Source: a virus (Duplodnaviria; Caudoviricetes). From it: DNA of 64,000 bases. Below the pieces are notes generated by a model. That model was not told where the DNA came from. It ran no database searches and worked only from the letters and a program-made list of their open reading frames with translations. Shown here piece after piece: positions 38,961-48,738 of this stretch. The DNA lies in IMG/VR virus record IMGVR_UViG_3300050343_000159; one strand, written 5' to 3'. Positions within the stretch are counted from its first letter, which is position 1. Every line of letters begins with the position of its first letter. The translations under genes were made by a program, and so were the position numbers.

Positions 38961-39293
38961 ATGGCACAGTTAGCACTTAATAGATTCAAAACAGAAACGA
39001 TTGTACTGACCACATCTGATCAGACAATTTACACTGCACCGACTGGATATACTGGTATTGTTCTTTACGCACACGTCACCAATTATGCCAGTGATGCTAC
39101 GACTGTGACAATTTCACATGTAAGGAACTCCACTACAACTGAGATTATTAAAGAAGCTCAGGTACCAGTCAATGATGCCTATATCCCTCTTGATGGTAAG
39201 TTGGTCCTTCAGACTAATGACTCAATCAGGGGTAGTGCTGGTGCTAATAGTACATTAAAAGTTCTTCTCTCAGTATTGGAGACTGCTAACTAA
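38961..39293 (+). CDS. Small beta-rich hypothetical virion protein (110 aa)
   Basis: Abuts the upstream stop codon. IYTAPTGYTGIVL and GKLVLQTNDSI motifs are typical of fibre-associated small proteins. Confidence 0.7.
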   Translation: MAQLALNRFKTETIVLTTSDQTIYTAPTGYTGIVLYAHVTNYASDATTVTISHVRNSTTTEIIKEAQVPVNDAYIPLDGKLVLQTNDSIRGSAGANSTLKVLLSVLETAN

Positions 39294-39469
39294 TGCCAAG
39301 ACTTATTAGCGAAGTAAATTCTGGTGGAGGCGCTGTTGGTATTTCCAGCGATGGTGTTGATTTAGGTAAAATGAAGACTTTGGATTATGAAAGTAATAGA
39401 ATTGAGTTTGATAATACGACAGGTGTAGCCACTGTGTTCTCAAATCCGTTGACTATTATTGGACTATAA
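39293..39469 (+). CDS. Small hypothetical protein (58 aa, MPRLISEVNSGGGAVGISSDG...), absent from the supplied ORF track
   Basis: TAATG stop/start overlap. Open to TAA 39467-39469, which lies inside a TATAAATA promoter. Confidence 0.65.
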   Translation: MPRLISEVNSGGGAVGISSDGVDLGKMKTLDYESNRIEFDNTTGVATVFSNPLTIIGL

Positions 39470-39472
39470 ATA
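39465..39472 (+). promoter_or_regulatory. Late promoter TATAAATA
   Basis: Exact T4 late-promoter consensus upstream of the ATG at 39492. Confidence 0.75.
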
Positions 39473-39491
39473 ATAAAAACTCTTGTGTGTG

Positions 39492-40999
39492 ATGATTAAA
39501 GAAGAGGGACTTAGAGATTGGTTTGGTAAATCTAAATCCAAAGATGGTAAACCCGGATGGGTTCAATCAGATGGTTCCCCTTGTGCCAATGAACCTGGTG
39601 AAAAAGGAACACCTAAGTGTTACTCTTCGGCTAAGAAAGCCAGTATGTCGAAGAAAGAACTTCGATCAGCTGATACAAGAAAGTCAAGACAAGACCCTGG
39701 ACAACAAAGTAAGTCTGGAGCAGCCAAACCAACCTACGTTTCTACTGATAAACCTAAGAAGAAAATGAAAGAAGAAACTTTTAACGAAGCAGAAGACAAG
39801 AAGACTAAAGGTAGTGGGACTAAAGACGCCTGTTATACTAAGGTAAAGTCTCGTTATTCTGTATGGCCTTCGGCATATGCCTCTGGTGCATTGGTAAAGT
39901 GTCGTAAGGTTGGTGCAGCTAACTGGGGTAATTCTACTAAGAAAGAAGAGTTTGAAGGTTTCTATGACCTTCCTGCTTTCACTGAAACTCAGATTGCAGC
40001 TATGAAGTATGCTGGTATTGAGGTAGAAGTTATTGATGAGGCATGTTGGAAGGGATATGAGAAGAAAGGTATGAAGACTATGTTTGGAAAGAGATATCCA
40101 AACTGTGTCAAGAAAGAAGAAACCGAAGTTACTGGTGGTATCCTTGTTCAGGATGCAGAAGATTTCAAACCCCGTGAGATTGAATCAGTTGATATCATCA
40201 AGGCTGACCCCATCAAAGGTGGACAACTTCAAGAAGTTGTAAGAACTAAGGTCCAAACCGGTAACATGTATCAAGTTATCTTTGGTTGGAGAGGTAAGAT
40301 GATGATGGTGAAGTTGTTCTTCCCTGATGTATCTGTTCCAAACAGACAGAAGGTTGCTGATGCTTTGGATAAGATGTATCCTGGTTCTCAGTTGAGATCT
40401 TATTCACACTCAGTTGTTGATTATGATGATCCATATGTCAATGTAGGTGAGGAAACTATTCTTGAGAAAAAAGAAGAAGAAAAGTATTGTCGTCTCTGTG
40501 AGAAAAGAGAAACTCGTGGAACATGTGGTTATGGACCCAAAATGTTTGACAAGTTTAGTGTAATAATGTTAGTGATGCTGTAAAATCATCCGCAGCATCT
40601 GAGTCTGATATTACAGAGGACATCAATAAAGAAGTTGAAAGTAGAATGCAGTCTGATGAAAATAGAAAGAGATCTTTGATTAGAAGTAAGATGATGGCTT
40701 CTCGTTCGAAACAGAAAAGTGATCTACAATCTGAAGAGAACATCGAAGAAGATATGACTGGTATGTCCCAGAAGTCTGGTGACAAAAGAAGTACTGATAG
40801 TGGAGCTGGTATGACAGCTAAGGGTGTTGCTAAGTATAACAGGAGAACAGGTGGTAACCTGAAAACTGCTGTCACAACTCCTCCCTCTAAACTGAAACCT
40901 GGTTCCAAAGCCGCAGGACGTAGGAAGAGTTTCTGTGCAAGATCCAAGAGTTGGAAAGGTGAGAGAGGATTAGCTGCACGTCGTCGTTGGAACTGTTAG
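39492..40999 (+). CDS. Modular basic hypothetical protein upstream of g17 (one frameshift near 40560)
   Basis: ORF 39483..40583 (likely ATG 39492) continues after a 1-nt shift into the 40646..40999 frame. Modules include VWPSAYASGALVKCRK, ACWKGYEKKG and RRKSFCARSK...RRRWNC. Confidence 0.7.
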
Positions 41000-41005
41000 T
41001 AATTT

Positions 41006-42673
41006 ATGAGTAATGATGTTTATCTTGGTAATCCCCTTCTAAAAAAGGCGAATACACCAATTGAGTTCACACAAGAACAGATTGAGGAGTATATTAAGTG
41101 TAGAGAAGACCCTGTATACTTTGCTCAAAACTATGTGAAGATTGTGACCTTGGATCATGGTCTTCAACCGTTCAAAACTTATGACTTCCAAGAGAAGTTA
41201 ATCAATAATTTTCACAATAACAGATTTAATATCTGTAAGATGCCTCGACAGACTGGTAAATCTACCACATGTGTGTCGTATCTACTTCACTATGCTATTT
41301 TTAATAGTAGTGTAAATATTGGTATTCTGGCAAACAAAGCCACAACTGCTAGGGAACTATTAGCGAGGTTAGCTACTGCATATGAGAACTTACCTAAGTG
41401 GATGCAACAAGGCATTCTGGTCTGGAATAAAGGAAACATCGAACTGGAAAACGGATCAAAAATACTCGCAGCATCAACTTCCGCTTCAGCTGTCCGAGGA
41501 ATGTCTTTTAACATTCTTTTTTTGGACGAGTTCGCCTTTGTTCCTAATCACGTTGCTGACGCATTCTTTGCCTCTGTATATCCTACTATCACTTCAGGTA
41601 AATCAACGAAAGTAATTATTGTATCCACTCCTCACGGAATGAACCACTTTTACAGATTGTGGATGGATGCAGAGAAACAGAGAAACGAATATATTCCAAC
41701 CGATGTTCACTGGTCAGAAGTTCCTGGTAGAGATGTTGTATGGAAAGAACAGACTATTGCCAACACATCAGAACAACAATTCAAGATTGAGTTTGAGTGT
41801 GAGTTCCTTGGATCTGTTGACACACTAATTGCACCGAGTAAACTAAAGTCCCTGGTATTTGAGAAGTCCATTCAAAACAATGCTGGTTTAGATGTATATG
41901 TTAAACCCGAGGACAAACATGATTACGCGATTACTGTTGACGTTGCACGTGGGGTTGGTAATGACTACAGTGCTTTTGTTGTTGTTGACATAACTACTTT
42001 CCCTCATAAAGTTGTAGCTAAGTATAGAGATAATACTATCAAACCAATGTTGTTCCCAAGTGTCATCTATGAGGTGGCCAGGAGTTACAATCAGGCTTTC
42101 ATTCTGTGTGAAGTGAATGATGTTGGTGATCAGGTAGCTTCAATTCTTCAATATGATCTAGAGTATCAAAATCTACTGATGTGTTCTATGAGAGGTAGAG
42201 CAGGTCAGATTGTGGGACAAGGTTTCTCTGGACAGAAGACACAATTGGGTGTCAAGATGTCTAAGACTGTGAAGAAGGTCGGATCACTGAACCTCAAGAC
42301 AATGATTGAGGAAGATAAGTTACTCTTCTGTGACTATGATATAATCTCAGAACTTACAACCTTCATCTCTAAATCGAATTCTTTTGAAGCAGAAGAAGGA
42401 TGTAATGATGACTTGGCTATGTGTCTTGTCATCTACGCTTGGTTGGTTGCTCAGGACTACTTTAAAGAACTCACAGACCAGGACATTCGTAAAAGGTTAT
42501 ATGACGAACAAAAAAATCAAATCGAACAGGACATGGCTCCATTTGGCTTTATCGATGATGGGTTGGATTCTTCTAGCTTTGTAGATAGTGAGGGTGACAG
42601 ATGGTCTGTTGCTAAAAACGATGAGTATGGGACAACAGCTGGTGGTATGGATTATATGTGGAATTCTTGGTAA
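41006..42673 (+). CDS. g17: Terminase large subunit gp17
   Basis: Walker A MPRQTGKST, Walker B LFLDEFAF, nuclease-domain acidic residues in ITVDVARG and DDLAMCL. Confidence 0.97.
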   Translation: MSNDVYLGNPLLKKANTPIEFTQEQIEEYIKCREDPVYFAQNYVKIVTLDHGLQPFKTYDFQEKLINNFHNNRFNICKMPRQTGKSTTCVSYLLHYAIFNSSVNIGILANKATTARELLARLATAYENLPKWMQQGILVWNKGNIELENGSKILAASTSASAVRGMSFNILFLDEFAFVPNHVADAFFASVYPTITSGKSTKVIIVSTPHGMNHFYRLWMDAEKQRNEYIPTDVHWSEVPGRDVVWKEQTIANTSEQQFKIEFECEFLGSVDTLIAPSKLKSLVFEKSIQNNAGLDVYVKPEDKHDYAITVDVARGVGNDYSAFVVVDITTFPHKVVAKYRDNTIKPMLFPSVIYEVARSYNQAFILCEVNDVGDQVASILQYDLEYQNLLMCSMRGRAGQIVGQGFSGQKTQLGVKMSKTVKKVGSLNLKTMIEEDKLLFCDYDIISELTTFISKSNSFEAEEGCNDDLAMCLVIYAWLVAQDYFKELTDQDIRKRLYDEQKNQIEQDMAPFGFIDDGLDSSSFVDSEGDRWSVAKNDEYGTTAGGMDYMWNSW

Positions 42674-42897
42674 TGAATATTGATGATCAACTATCACTAG
42701 GTCCACTATTCCTTACAGATAGGAAATGTAGAACTTGTGGTATAACGAAAAACTTGATTGATGGATTTTATAAGAAAGGAAGAGGAATAAATCCATCCTC
42801 ATATTCTTATGAATGTAAATCTTGTTCTATAAAAAGAATTATAAAAAATAGAAGAAAGAGGAATACATCTACAGATTGGTCATATCCTGACTGGTAG
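42673..42897 (+). CDS. Small zinc-finger-like protein (74 aa; CRTC...CKSC)
   Basis: TAATG overlap with the g17 stop. Two CxxC pairs followed by a basic helix. Confidence 0.7.
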   Translation: MNIDDQLSLGPLFLTDRKCRTCGITKNLIDGFYKKGRGINPSSYSYECKSCSIKRIIKNRRKRNTSTDWSYPDW

Positions 42898-42938
42898 ACT
42901 TGCTTACCCATTGTTTTCCCATCTAAATGTCTAATTTT

Positions 42939-42946
42939 CATAAATA
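42939..42946 (+). promoter_or_regulatory. Late promoter CATAAATA upstream of g18
   Basis: NATAAATA consensus in the intergenic region. Confidence 0.65.
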
Positions 42947-42980
42947 TTTTCAGGTATAACTGAGAACTAAGGAGAAACAA

Positions 42981-45170
42981 ATGGCTACTCCTCAATTATC
43001 TCCTGGTATTCTAATCAGGGAAGTTGATCAAACAGTAGGAAGGTCAGAGAACGTTCTCGACAACATCGGAGCAATTGCAGGACCTTTTGCTATCGGTCCT
43101 GTCGATGAAGCGATTACGATCGAGACTGAGCAACAGCTTATCAATACATATGGTAAGCCAATGTCTACTGACAGACAGTATGAGTATTGGATGTCTGCAA
43201 GCTCTTTCCTGAGCTATGGTGGTATTTTGAAAGTAGTAAGAACCGGTGGCGGTTCTTTGAATAACTCTAACGCTGCTGTTGGAGCAGCTAGCGCTACACT
43301 TAAGATTGACAACTACGATGATTATGAAGAGAATCATCTGAACGATAACTCTTTCGTATACGCTTCTAAGAATCCCGGATCATGGGCAGACAATCTTAGA
43401 GTTTGTACGATTGATAACGAAGCAGATCAAAGAATTGGAATCAACACCACCAGTCCTCTATTGGCTGGAGCTATTGTTGGACATGGTGTAACAAGTGCAC
43501 TTTCTAATGTTGTTATTCCTGGAGCAGGAACAACTACAACATTTACTGGTTACCTGAAAGGTATTATTACCGGTGTTTCTACCGATACTGTCAACGGAAA
43601 CTCCACAATCGATGTTAAGATTGTATCTCAGGTTTCTTCAACTGGCACAGAAACCAGACTGAACTATCAACAATCTAATGCAGCTCGTTCGTTTGAAGCA
43701 GCTGATGGTATTAAGTTTGTAAACAACGTTGGTGTCAACACTGGTAATGGAAAAGTAACAGCTGCTGATTCAGCAGTTGATTGGTACGAACAACAAACAC
43801 TTGGTTTGTCCAACTCTGTTGTTTATTGGAAATCACTGGCACCTAAGCCTATTGATAACAACTTCTCTTCTTCAAGAAGTGGACATAACGACGCTATTCA
43901 CGTTGTAGTTGTTGATGATCAAGGTTCAATAACAGGTTCACAGGGAACTATTCTTGAGAAATTCCTCAGTCTTTCTAAAGCAAAAGACGCAACAGCTGAT
44001 GGAAGCAATCCTACCAGAACTTACTACAAGGATTATGTTGCACTGAATTCCAGTTATATCTACGCTGGATACAATAGTTCACAGGCAATTGACGCATTCC
44101 ACGGCACTTCACCCAAAGCTAACGGATTCTCGACAGGATATACACCAAACACAATTGGTGCAGGTCTTTGGGGACAAGATGCACAGGGAACTGATTTCTC
44201 TTCTATTGGAAATAAGTCATACACCCTATCTGGTGGTGTTGATTATCAATCTGGTGGTGGTATGGCCGCTACACTTGGTGGATTGAATACTTCTTACAAT
44301 ATCTTTGGCAATAAAGAAGAAATTGCAGTTGACTATATCATGATGGGTCCATCACTTTTGGAAGAAACAGAAACACAGGCCAAAGCAAACCTGGTTATCT
44401 CTCTGGCTGAGGGAAGAAAGGATTGTATGGCTGTCATTTCTCCACATAGAGCTAACCTTGTTAATGTTAACAACGTAGCAACACAAACTGAAAACTTGTT
44501 GAGATACTATTCTTCACTAAGTTCTTCTTCTTACGCTGTATTTGATTCCGGTTACAAGTACACCTACGATAGATTCAATAACGAGTTCCGTTATCTCCCA
44601 TGTAACCCAGATGTCGCTGGTTTGATGGTTAGAACATCTATCGAATCTTTCCCTTGGTTCTCACCAGCTGGATTGACTAGAGGTGTTTTGAATAACGCTA
44701 TCAAGTTGGCTTACAACCCATCCAAAGCACAAAGAGATGTTCTTTATGGAGCTAGAATCAACTCTATTGTAAATCAGAGAGGATCTGGTATTCTCCTGTT
44801 TGGTGATAAGACGGCTCTGGCTTACTCTTCAGCGTTCGACAGAATCAACGTTAGAAGATTGTTCCTCACAGTTGAACAAGCTCTTGAAGGAGCAGCTAAC
44901 GCACAACTCTTCCAACTCAATGATTCAATTACAAGGTCTAACTTTGTAAACATCGTTGAACCTTATTTGAGAGATGTTGAGGCTAAGAGAGGTCTTACTG
45001 GTTTCTTAGTTGTTTGTGATGATACAAATAACACTCCTGATATCATTGATAACAATGAATTCAGGGCTGACATCTATCTGAAACCCACTAAGTCTATCAA
45101 CTACATCACTCTCACATTCGTAGCCACCAGAACTGGTGTTGCGTTTGAAGAAATTGTTGGTACTGTTTAA
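42981..45170 (+). CDS. g18: Tail sheath protein gp18
   Basis: SPGILIREVD, WFSPAGLTRG, LFGDKT and RINVRRLF motifs. Confidence 0.97.
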   Translation: MATPQLSPGILIREVDQTVGRSENVLDNIGAIAGPFAIGPVDEAITIETEQQLINTYGKPMSTDRQYEYWMSASSFLSYGGILKVVRTGGGSLNNSNAAVGAASATLKIDNYDDYEENHLNDNSFVYASKNPGSWADNLRVCTIDNEADQRIGINTTSPLLAGAIVGHGVTSALSNVVIPGAGTTTTFTGYLKGIITGVSTDTVNGNSTIDVKIVSQVSSTGTETRLNYQQSNAARSFEAADGIKFVNNVGVNTGNGKVTAADSAVDWYEQQTLGLSNSVVYWKSLAPKPIDNNFSSSRSGHNDAIHVVVVDDQGSITGSQGTILEKFLSLSKAKDATADGSNPTRTYYKDYVALNSSYIYAGYNSSQAIDAFHGTSPKANGFSTGYTPNTIGAGLWGQDAQGTDFSSIGNKSYTLSGGVDYQSGGGMAATLGGLNTSYNIFGNKEEIAVDYIMMGPSLLEETETQAKANLVISLAEGRKDCMAVISPHRANLVNVNNVATQTENLLRYYSSLSSSSYAVFDSGYKYTYDRFNNEFRYLPCNPDVAGLMVRTSIESFPWFSPAGLTRGVLNNAIKLAYNPSKAQRDVLYGARINSIVNQRGSGILLFGDKTALAYSSAFDRINVRRLFLTVEQALEGAANAQLFQLNDSITRSNFVNIVEPYLRDVEAKRGLTGFLVVCDDTNNTPDIIDNNEFRADIYLKPTKSINYITLTFVATRTGVAFEEIVGTV

Positions 45171-45203
45171 TCGATACTAACACATTAAAGAGGAACCCTA
45201 AAA

Positions 45204-45836
45204 ATGGCAACAACAAAAACACTATCTAATTTCAAATCCAGGTTAGCGGGCGGTGGTGCCCGCCCTAATTTGTTTGAGGTAACTCTTCCTTCATTTCCCG
45301 GAGCCGCTGAGGATTTCTGGGGTGAGGGTGAGAACGAATCAAACACTAAAATGAGTTTCTTGTGTAAAGCAGCTCAACTTCCTGCCTCCACTGTAGCATC
45401 AGTACCTGTTGCTTTCAGAGGTAGAGAACTGAAGGTTGCTGGAGAAAGAACCTTTGATCCTTGGACCGTCACCATCATTAATGATGAGGACTTCGGCCTG
45501 AGAACATCATTCGAAGCTTGGATGAACAAACTTTCCAAACTGAATGATGCAACCGGTGTTACTAACCCAACTTCTTACATGACTAACGCTTACGTTAAGC
45601 AACTTGGTCGTGGCAAAGAAAAATTTGCTACTGAGAATACTGGTGGTGAGTCTTCCGTTCTTAGAACTTATAAGTTCTATGATATCTGGCCTTCTAACGT
45701 ATCGGCTATCGAACTTAGCTATGATACTACCAATACTGTAGAGGAATTTACAGTTGAATTCCAAGTTCAGTACTTCACTATTGGTGAAAGAGAAGAGTCT
45801 GGATCATCTGATGATCAAGAGGGAACAATCCAGTAA
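45204..45836 (+). CDS. g19: Tail tube protein gp19
   Basis: GGGARPNLFEV and FRGRELKVAGERTFDPWTVTIINDEDF motifs. Confidence 0.95.
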   Translation: MATTKTLSNFKSRLAGGGARPNLFEVTLPSFPGAAEDFWGEGENESNTKMSFLCKAAQLPASTVASVPVAFRGRELKVAGERTFDPWTVTIINDEDFGLRTSFEAWMNKLSKLNDATGVTNPTSYMTNAYVKQLGRGKEKFATENTGGESSVLRTYKFYDIWPSNVSAIELSYDTTNTVEEFTVEFQVQYFTIGEREESGSSDDQEGTIQ

Positions 45837-45846
45837 GTTTTAGCCT

Positions 45847-45854
45847 GATAAATA
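45847..45854 (+). promoter_or_regulatory. Late promoter GATAAATA upstream of g20
   Basis: Consensus in the intergenic gap. Confidence 0.65.
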
Positions 45855-45886
45855 GATAGAACGGAAGTTTCTAGTTTTATCTAATA

Positions 45887-47527
45887 ATGGCGAGATTATT
45901 TGGATTCTCAATTGAAGATAACGAGAAAAACCCGCCTGGTGTAATATCTCCGGTCCCACCGAATAAAAACGATGGGCAAGAGAGTTATATCAGTAGCGGG
46001 TTTTTTGGTTCGTATGTAGATATTGAGGGCGTTTATCGTAACGAAAACGAACTTATCAGAAGATACAGGTCTATGGCTTTGTATCCAGAATGTGATAGTG
46101 CGATTGAAGACATTGTAAATGAAGCAATTGTTTCTGATACGAACGATAGTCCCGTATCAATCGAGCTATCAAACTTGAATGCCAGTGATGGTATTAAAAA
46201 GAAACTAAGAGAAGAATTTAAATATATCTTAGAACTTTTGGACTTCGATAAGAAGGCTCATGAGATCTTCCGTAACTGGTATATCGATGGAAGACTCTAT
46301 TACAACAAAGTAATTGACCAGAAAAATCCTCAAGATGGTATTCAAGAACTGAGATATATTGATTCTGCGAAGATGAAGTATGTTCGTCAGGTTAAAAAAA
46401 CCAGAAATGATGGATTAGCTAGAGCTGAAAGAGATAACCCATCAACATATGATTTCCCAGAACTTGAGGAGTATTTCATCTATACTCCTGGTGGAAGTAA
46501 CCAGTATGGTTCTTCACCAGCTAAGGGAATTAAACTAACTAAGGATTCGGTTACATATTGTACCTCTGGATTGGTAGATAGAAATAAGGGATCAACCCTT
46601 TCGTGGCTCCACAAATCAATCAAACCACTCAATCAATTGATGATGATTGAGGATAGTCTGGTAATCTATCGTCTCTCAAGAGCACCAGAAAGAAGAATCT
46701 TCTATATCGACGTTGGTAATCTACCTAAACAAAAGGCAGAATCATACCTTCGTGATGTGATGCAACGTTATAGAAACAAACTTGTCTATGATGCTAACAC
46801 TGGTGAAATCAGAGATGATAAGAAATTCATGTCAATGATGGAAGATTTTTGGCTTCCTAGACGTGAAGGTGGTCGTGGTACTGAGATTACTACACTTCCA
46901 GGTGGACAAAACCTTGGTGAAATCACTGATATTAACTACTTCCAGAAGAAATTGTACAGGGCACTGAATGTGCCTGAGACAAGACTTCAGGGAGATAGTG
47001 GTTTCTCGATGGGTCGTTCTTCTGAAATCCTCAGAGATGAAGTCAAGTTCTCCAAGTTTGTTGGAAGAATGAGAAAGAGATTCTCTGAAATGTTCAGTGA
47101 TATGTTGAAGACTCAACTTATTCTGAAAAATATCATTACTCCTGAGGATTGGGAGTATATGAATGATCATATTCAATATGATTTCCTCTATGATAATCAC
47201 TTTGCAGAACTAAAAGATGCGGAACTTCTAAGAGAAAGACTGACTCTGGCAGAACAAACACAACAATATGTTGGTAAATATTATTCTAATGATTATGTGA
47301 GGAGACATGTTCTTCGTCAAACTGATGAAGAAATTATTGAACAGGATAATCTTATTGAAAAAGAGATTGAATCTGGAGCAATCCCAGATCCTGCAATGGC
47401 AGCTCTAGATCCTATGGCGGGTGGTGCTCCTGCACCTGGTGGAGCTTTACCTCCAGCTGGTGGTGGAGCTCCTCTCGATCCACCAACACCAGAAGCTCCT
47501 GAAACTCCCACTGGTGGGGAGATCTAA
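45887..47527 (+). CDS. g20: Portal vertex protein gp20
   Basis: WYIDGRLYY, IYRLSRAPERRIFYIDVGNLPK and EDFWLPRREGGRGTEI motifs; Pro/Gly-rich tail. Confidence 0.98.
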   Translation: MARLFGFSIEDNEKNPPGVISPVPPNKNDGQESYISSGFFGSYVDIEGVYRNENELIRRYRSMALYPECDSAIEDIVNEAIVSDTNDSPVSIELSNLNASDGIKKKLREEFKYILELLDFDKKAHEIFRNWYIDGRLYYNKVIDQKNPQDGIQELRYIDSAKMKYVRQVKKTRNDGLARAERDNPSTYDFPELEEYFIYTPGGSNQYGSSPAKGIKLTKDSVTYCTSGLVDRNKGSTLSWLHKSIKPLNQLMMIEDSLVIYRLSRAPERRIFYIDVGNLPKQKAESYLRDVMQRYRNKLVYDANTGEIRDDKKFMSMMEDFWLPRREGGRGTEITTLPGGQNLGEITDINYFQKKLYRALNVPETRLQGDSGFSMGRSSEILRDEVKFSKFVGRMRKRFSEMFSDMLKTQLILKNIITPEDWEYMNDHIQYDFLYDNHFAELKDAELLRERLTLAEQTQQYVGKYYSNDYVRRHVLRQTDEEIIEQDNLIEKEIESGAIPDPAMAALDPMAGGAPAPGGALPPAGGGAPLDPPTPEAPETPTGGEI

Positions 47528-47546
47528 ATAAAGGAAAATTACACCT

Positions 47547-47765
47547 ATGGATATGGATGAACTTATGGATTTACTAGTGAAGGATGAATCACCTTCATCA
47601 GTAAGTGATGCTATTAAAGATCAGTTGTTCTCACGAACTGCTGAAAAGATTCAAGGAATTAGACCTAATGTTGCCGCATCAATTTTTGATGATAACATTG
47701 ATCTAGATTCTGAAGAAGCACCTGAAGTTGATGGAAACATTGACTTGGATGCGGAAATTCAATAA
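47547..47765 (+). CDS. Small acidic protein between g20 and g21 (position of T4 g67)
   Basis: 72-aa ORF behind TCTAAATA (47523-47530). Homology to gp67 is not shown. Confidence 0.65.
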   Translation: MDMDELMDLLVKDESPSSVSDAIKDQLFSRTAEKIQGIRPNVAASIFDDNIDLDSEEAPEVDGNIDLDAEIQ

Positions 47766-47790
47766 ATAACATCATACACTAGGTATATCA

Positions 47791-48063
47791 ATGGCCAGAA
47801 CATTACTAGTCGGTGCAGAGATTGCATGTCCGACGACTGCAGGAGCCGCCACTAGTTTTACTGAAGCTACTGTGGTCCGTTTAGTTAATACTCATGCTAC
47901 ATCTGCATTTAAAGTGACTCTTCTTGAGACACAAAGTGGAGCTGGCATTGGTTCTATGACTCTTCCCGCAGGTAACGTTGAGTATCTGGAAAAGAGATCA
48001 TCACAAGTGATCTTTGCAGCTAATGCAGCTGTGCTCGGTACTAAAGTAGGTTACACAGCTTAA
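47791..48063 (+). CDS. Small beta-rich protein upstream of g21 (position of T4 g68)
   Basis: 90-aa ORF behind AATAAATA (47761-47768). Homology to gp68 is not shown. Confidence 0.65.
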   Translation: MARTLLVGAEIACPTTAGAATSFTEATVVRLVNTHATSAFKVTLLETQSGAGIGSMTLPAGNVEYLEKRSSQVIFAANAAVLGTKVGYTA

Positions 48064-48067
48064 AACC

Positions 48068-48718
48068 ATGAAACTAATTAGAGAAGAAATTGAACAGGTA
48101 GAAGTTATCGTTGAAGAACGCAACGGTAAGAAAAACATGTTCATCGAAGGTATCTTCCTACAGGGAGACCTCAAGAATAGAAATGGTCGTATGTATCCAA
48201 TGGAAACTCTGAGAAGAGAAGTCCAAAGATACAGTGAGAACCACATTCATGCAGGTAGAGCTCTTGGAGAACTGGGACATCCAGATGGCCCAACAGTTAA
48301 TCTGGATCGCGTCAGTCACAAAATTGTTTCTCTCAAAGAAAGCGGAAACAATTTTATCGGTAAGGCCAAAATCTTATCGACTCCGATGGGTAAGATTGCA
48401 GAGTCTCTCATTAGCGAAGGAGTTAAGTTGGGCGTTTCTTCTAGAGGAATCGGATCACTCAAACAAACAAGAGAAGGTGTAAATGTTGTTGGTGATGACT
48501 TTATGTTATCAACAGCAGCCGACATCGTTTCCGATCCTTCTGCTCCCGATGCTTTCGTTGAAGGTATTATGGAAGGTAAGGATTGGGTTTGGGATGGTGG
48601 CATCTTGAGAGAATCTCAAGTAGCTAAGACCTACAAGTATATCAATACACTGGTCGATCAAAAACAACTTGATGAGAAAAAGTTGGATGTCTTCAACAAT
48701 TTCTTAAATAGTCTCTGA
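48068..48718 (+). CDS. g21: Prohead core protease gp21
   Basis: NRNGRMYP, ALGELGHP, GVSSRGIGSL and ADIVSDPSAPDAFV motifs. Confidence 0.95.
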   Translation: MKLIREEIEQVEVIVEERNGKKNMFIEGIFLQGDLKNRNGRMYPMETLRREVQRYSENHIHAGRALGELGHPDGPTVNLDRVSHKIVSLKESGNNFIGKAKILSTPMGKIAESLISEGVKLGVSSRGIGSLKQTREGVNVVGDDFMLSTAADIVSDPSAPDAFVEGIMEGKDWVWDGGILRESQVAKTYKYINTLVDQKQLDEKKLDVFNNFLNSL

Positions 48719-48738
48719 TAATACAGAGATACCAATAT

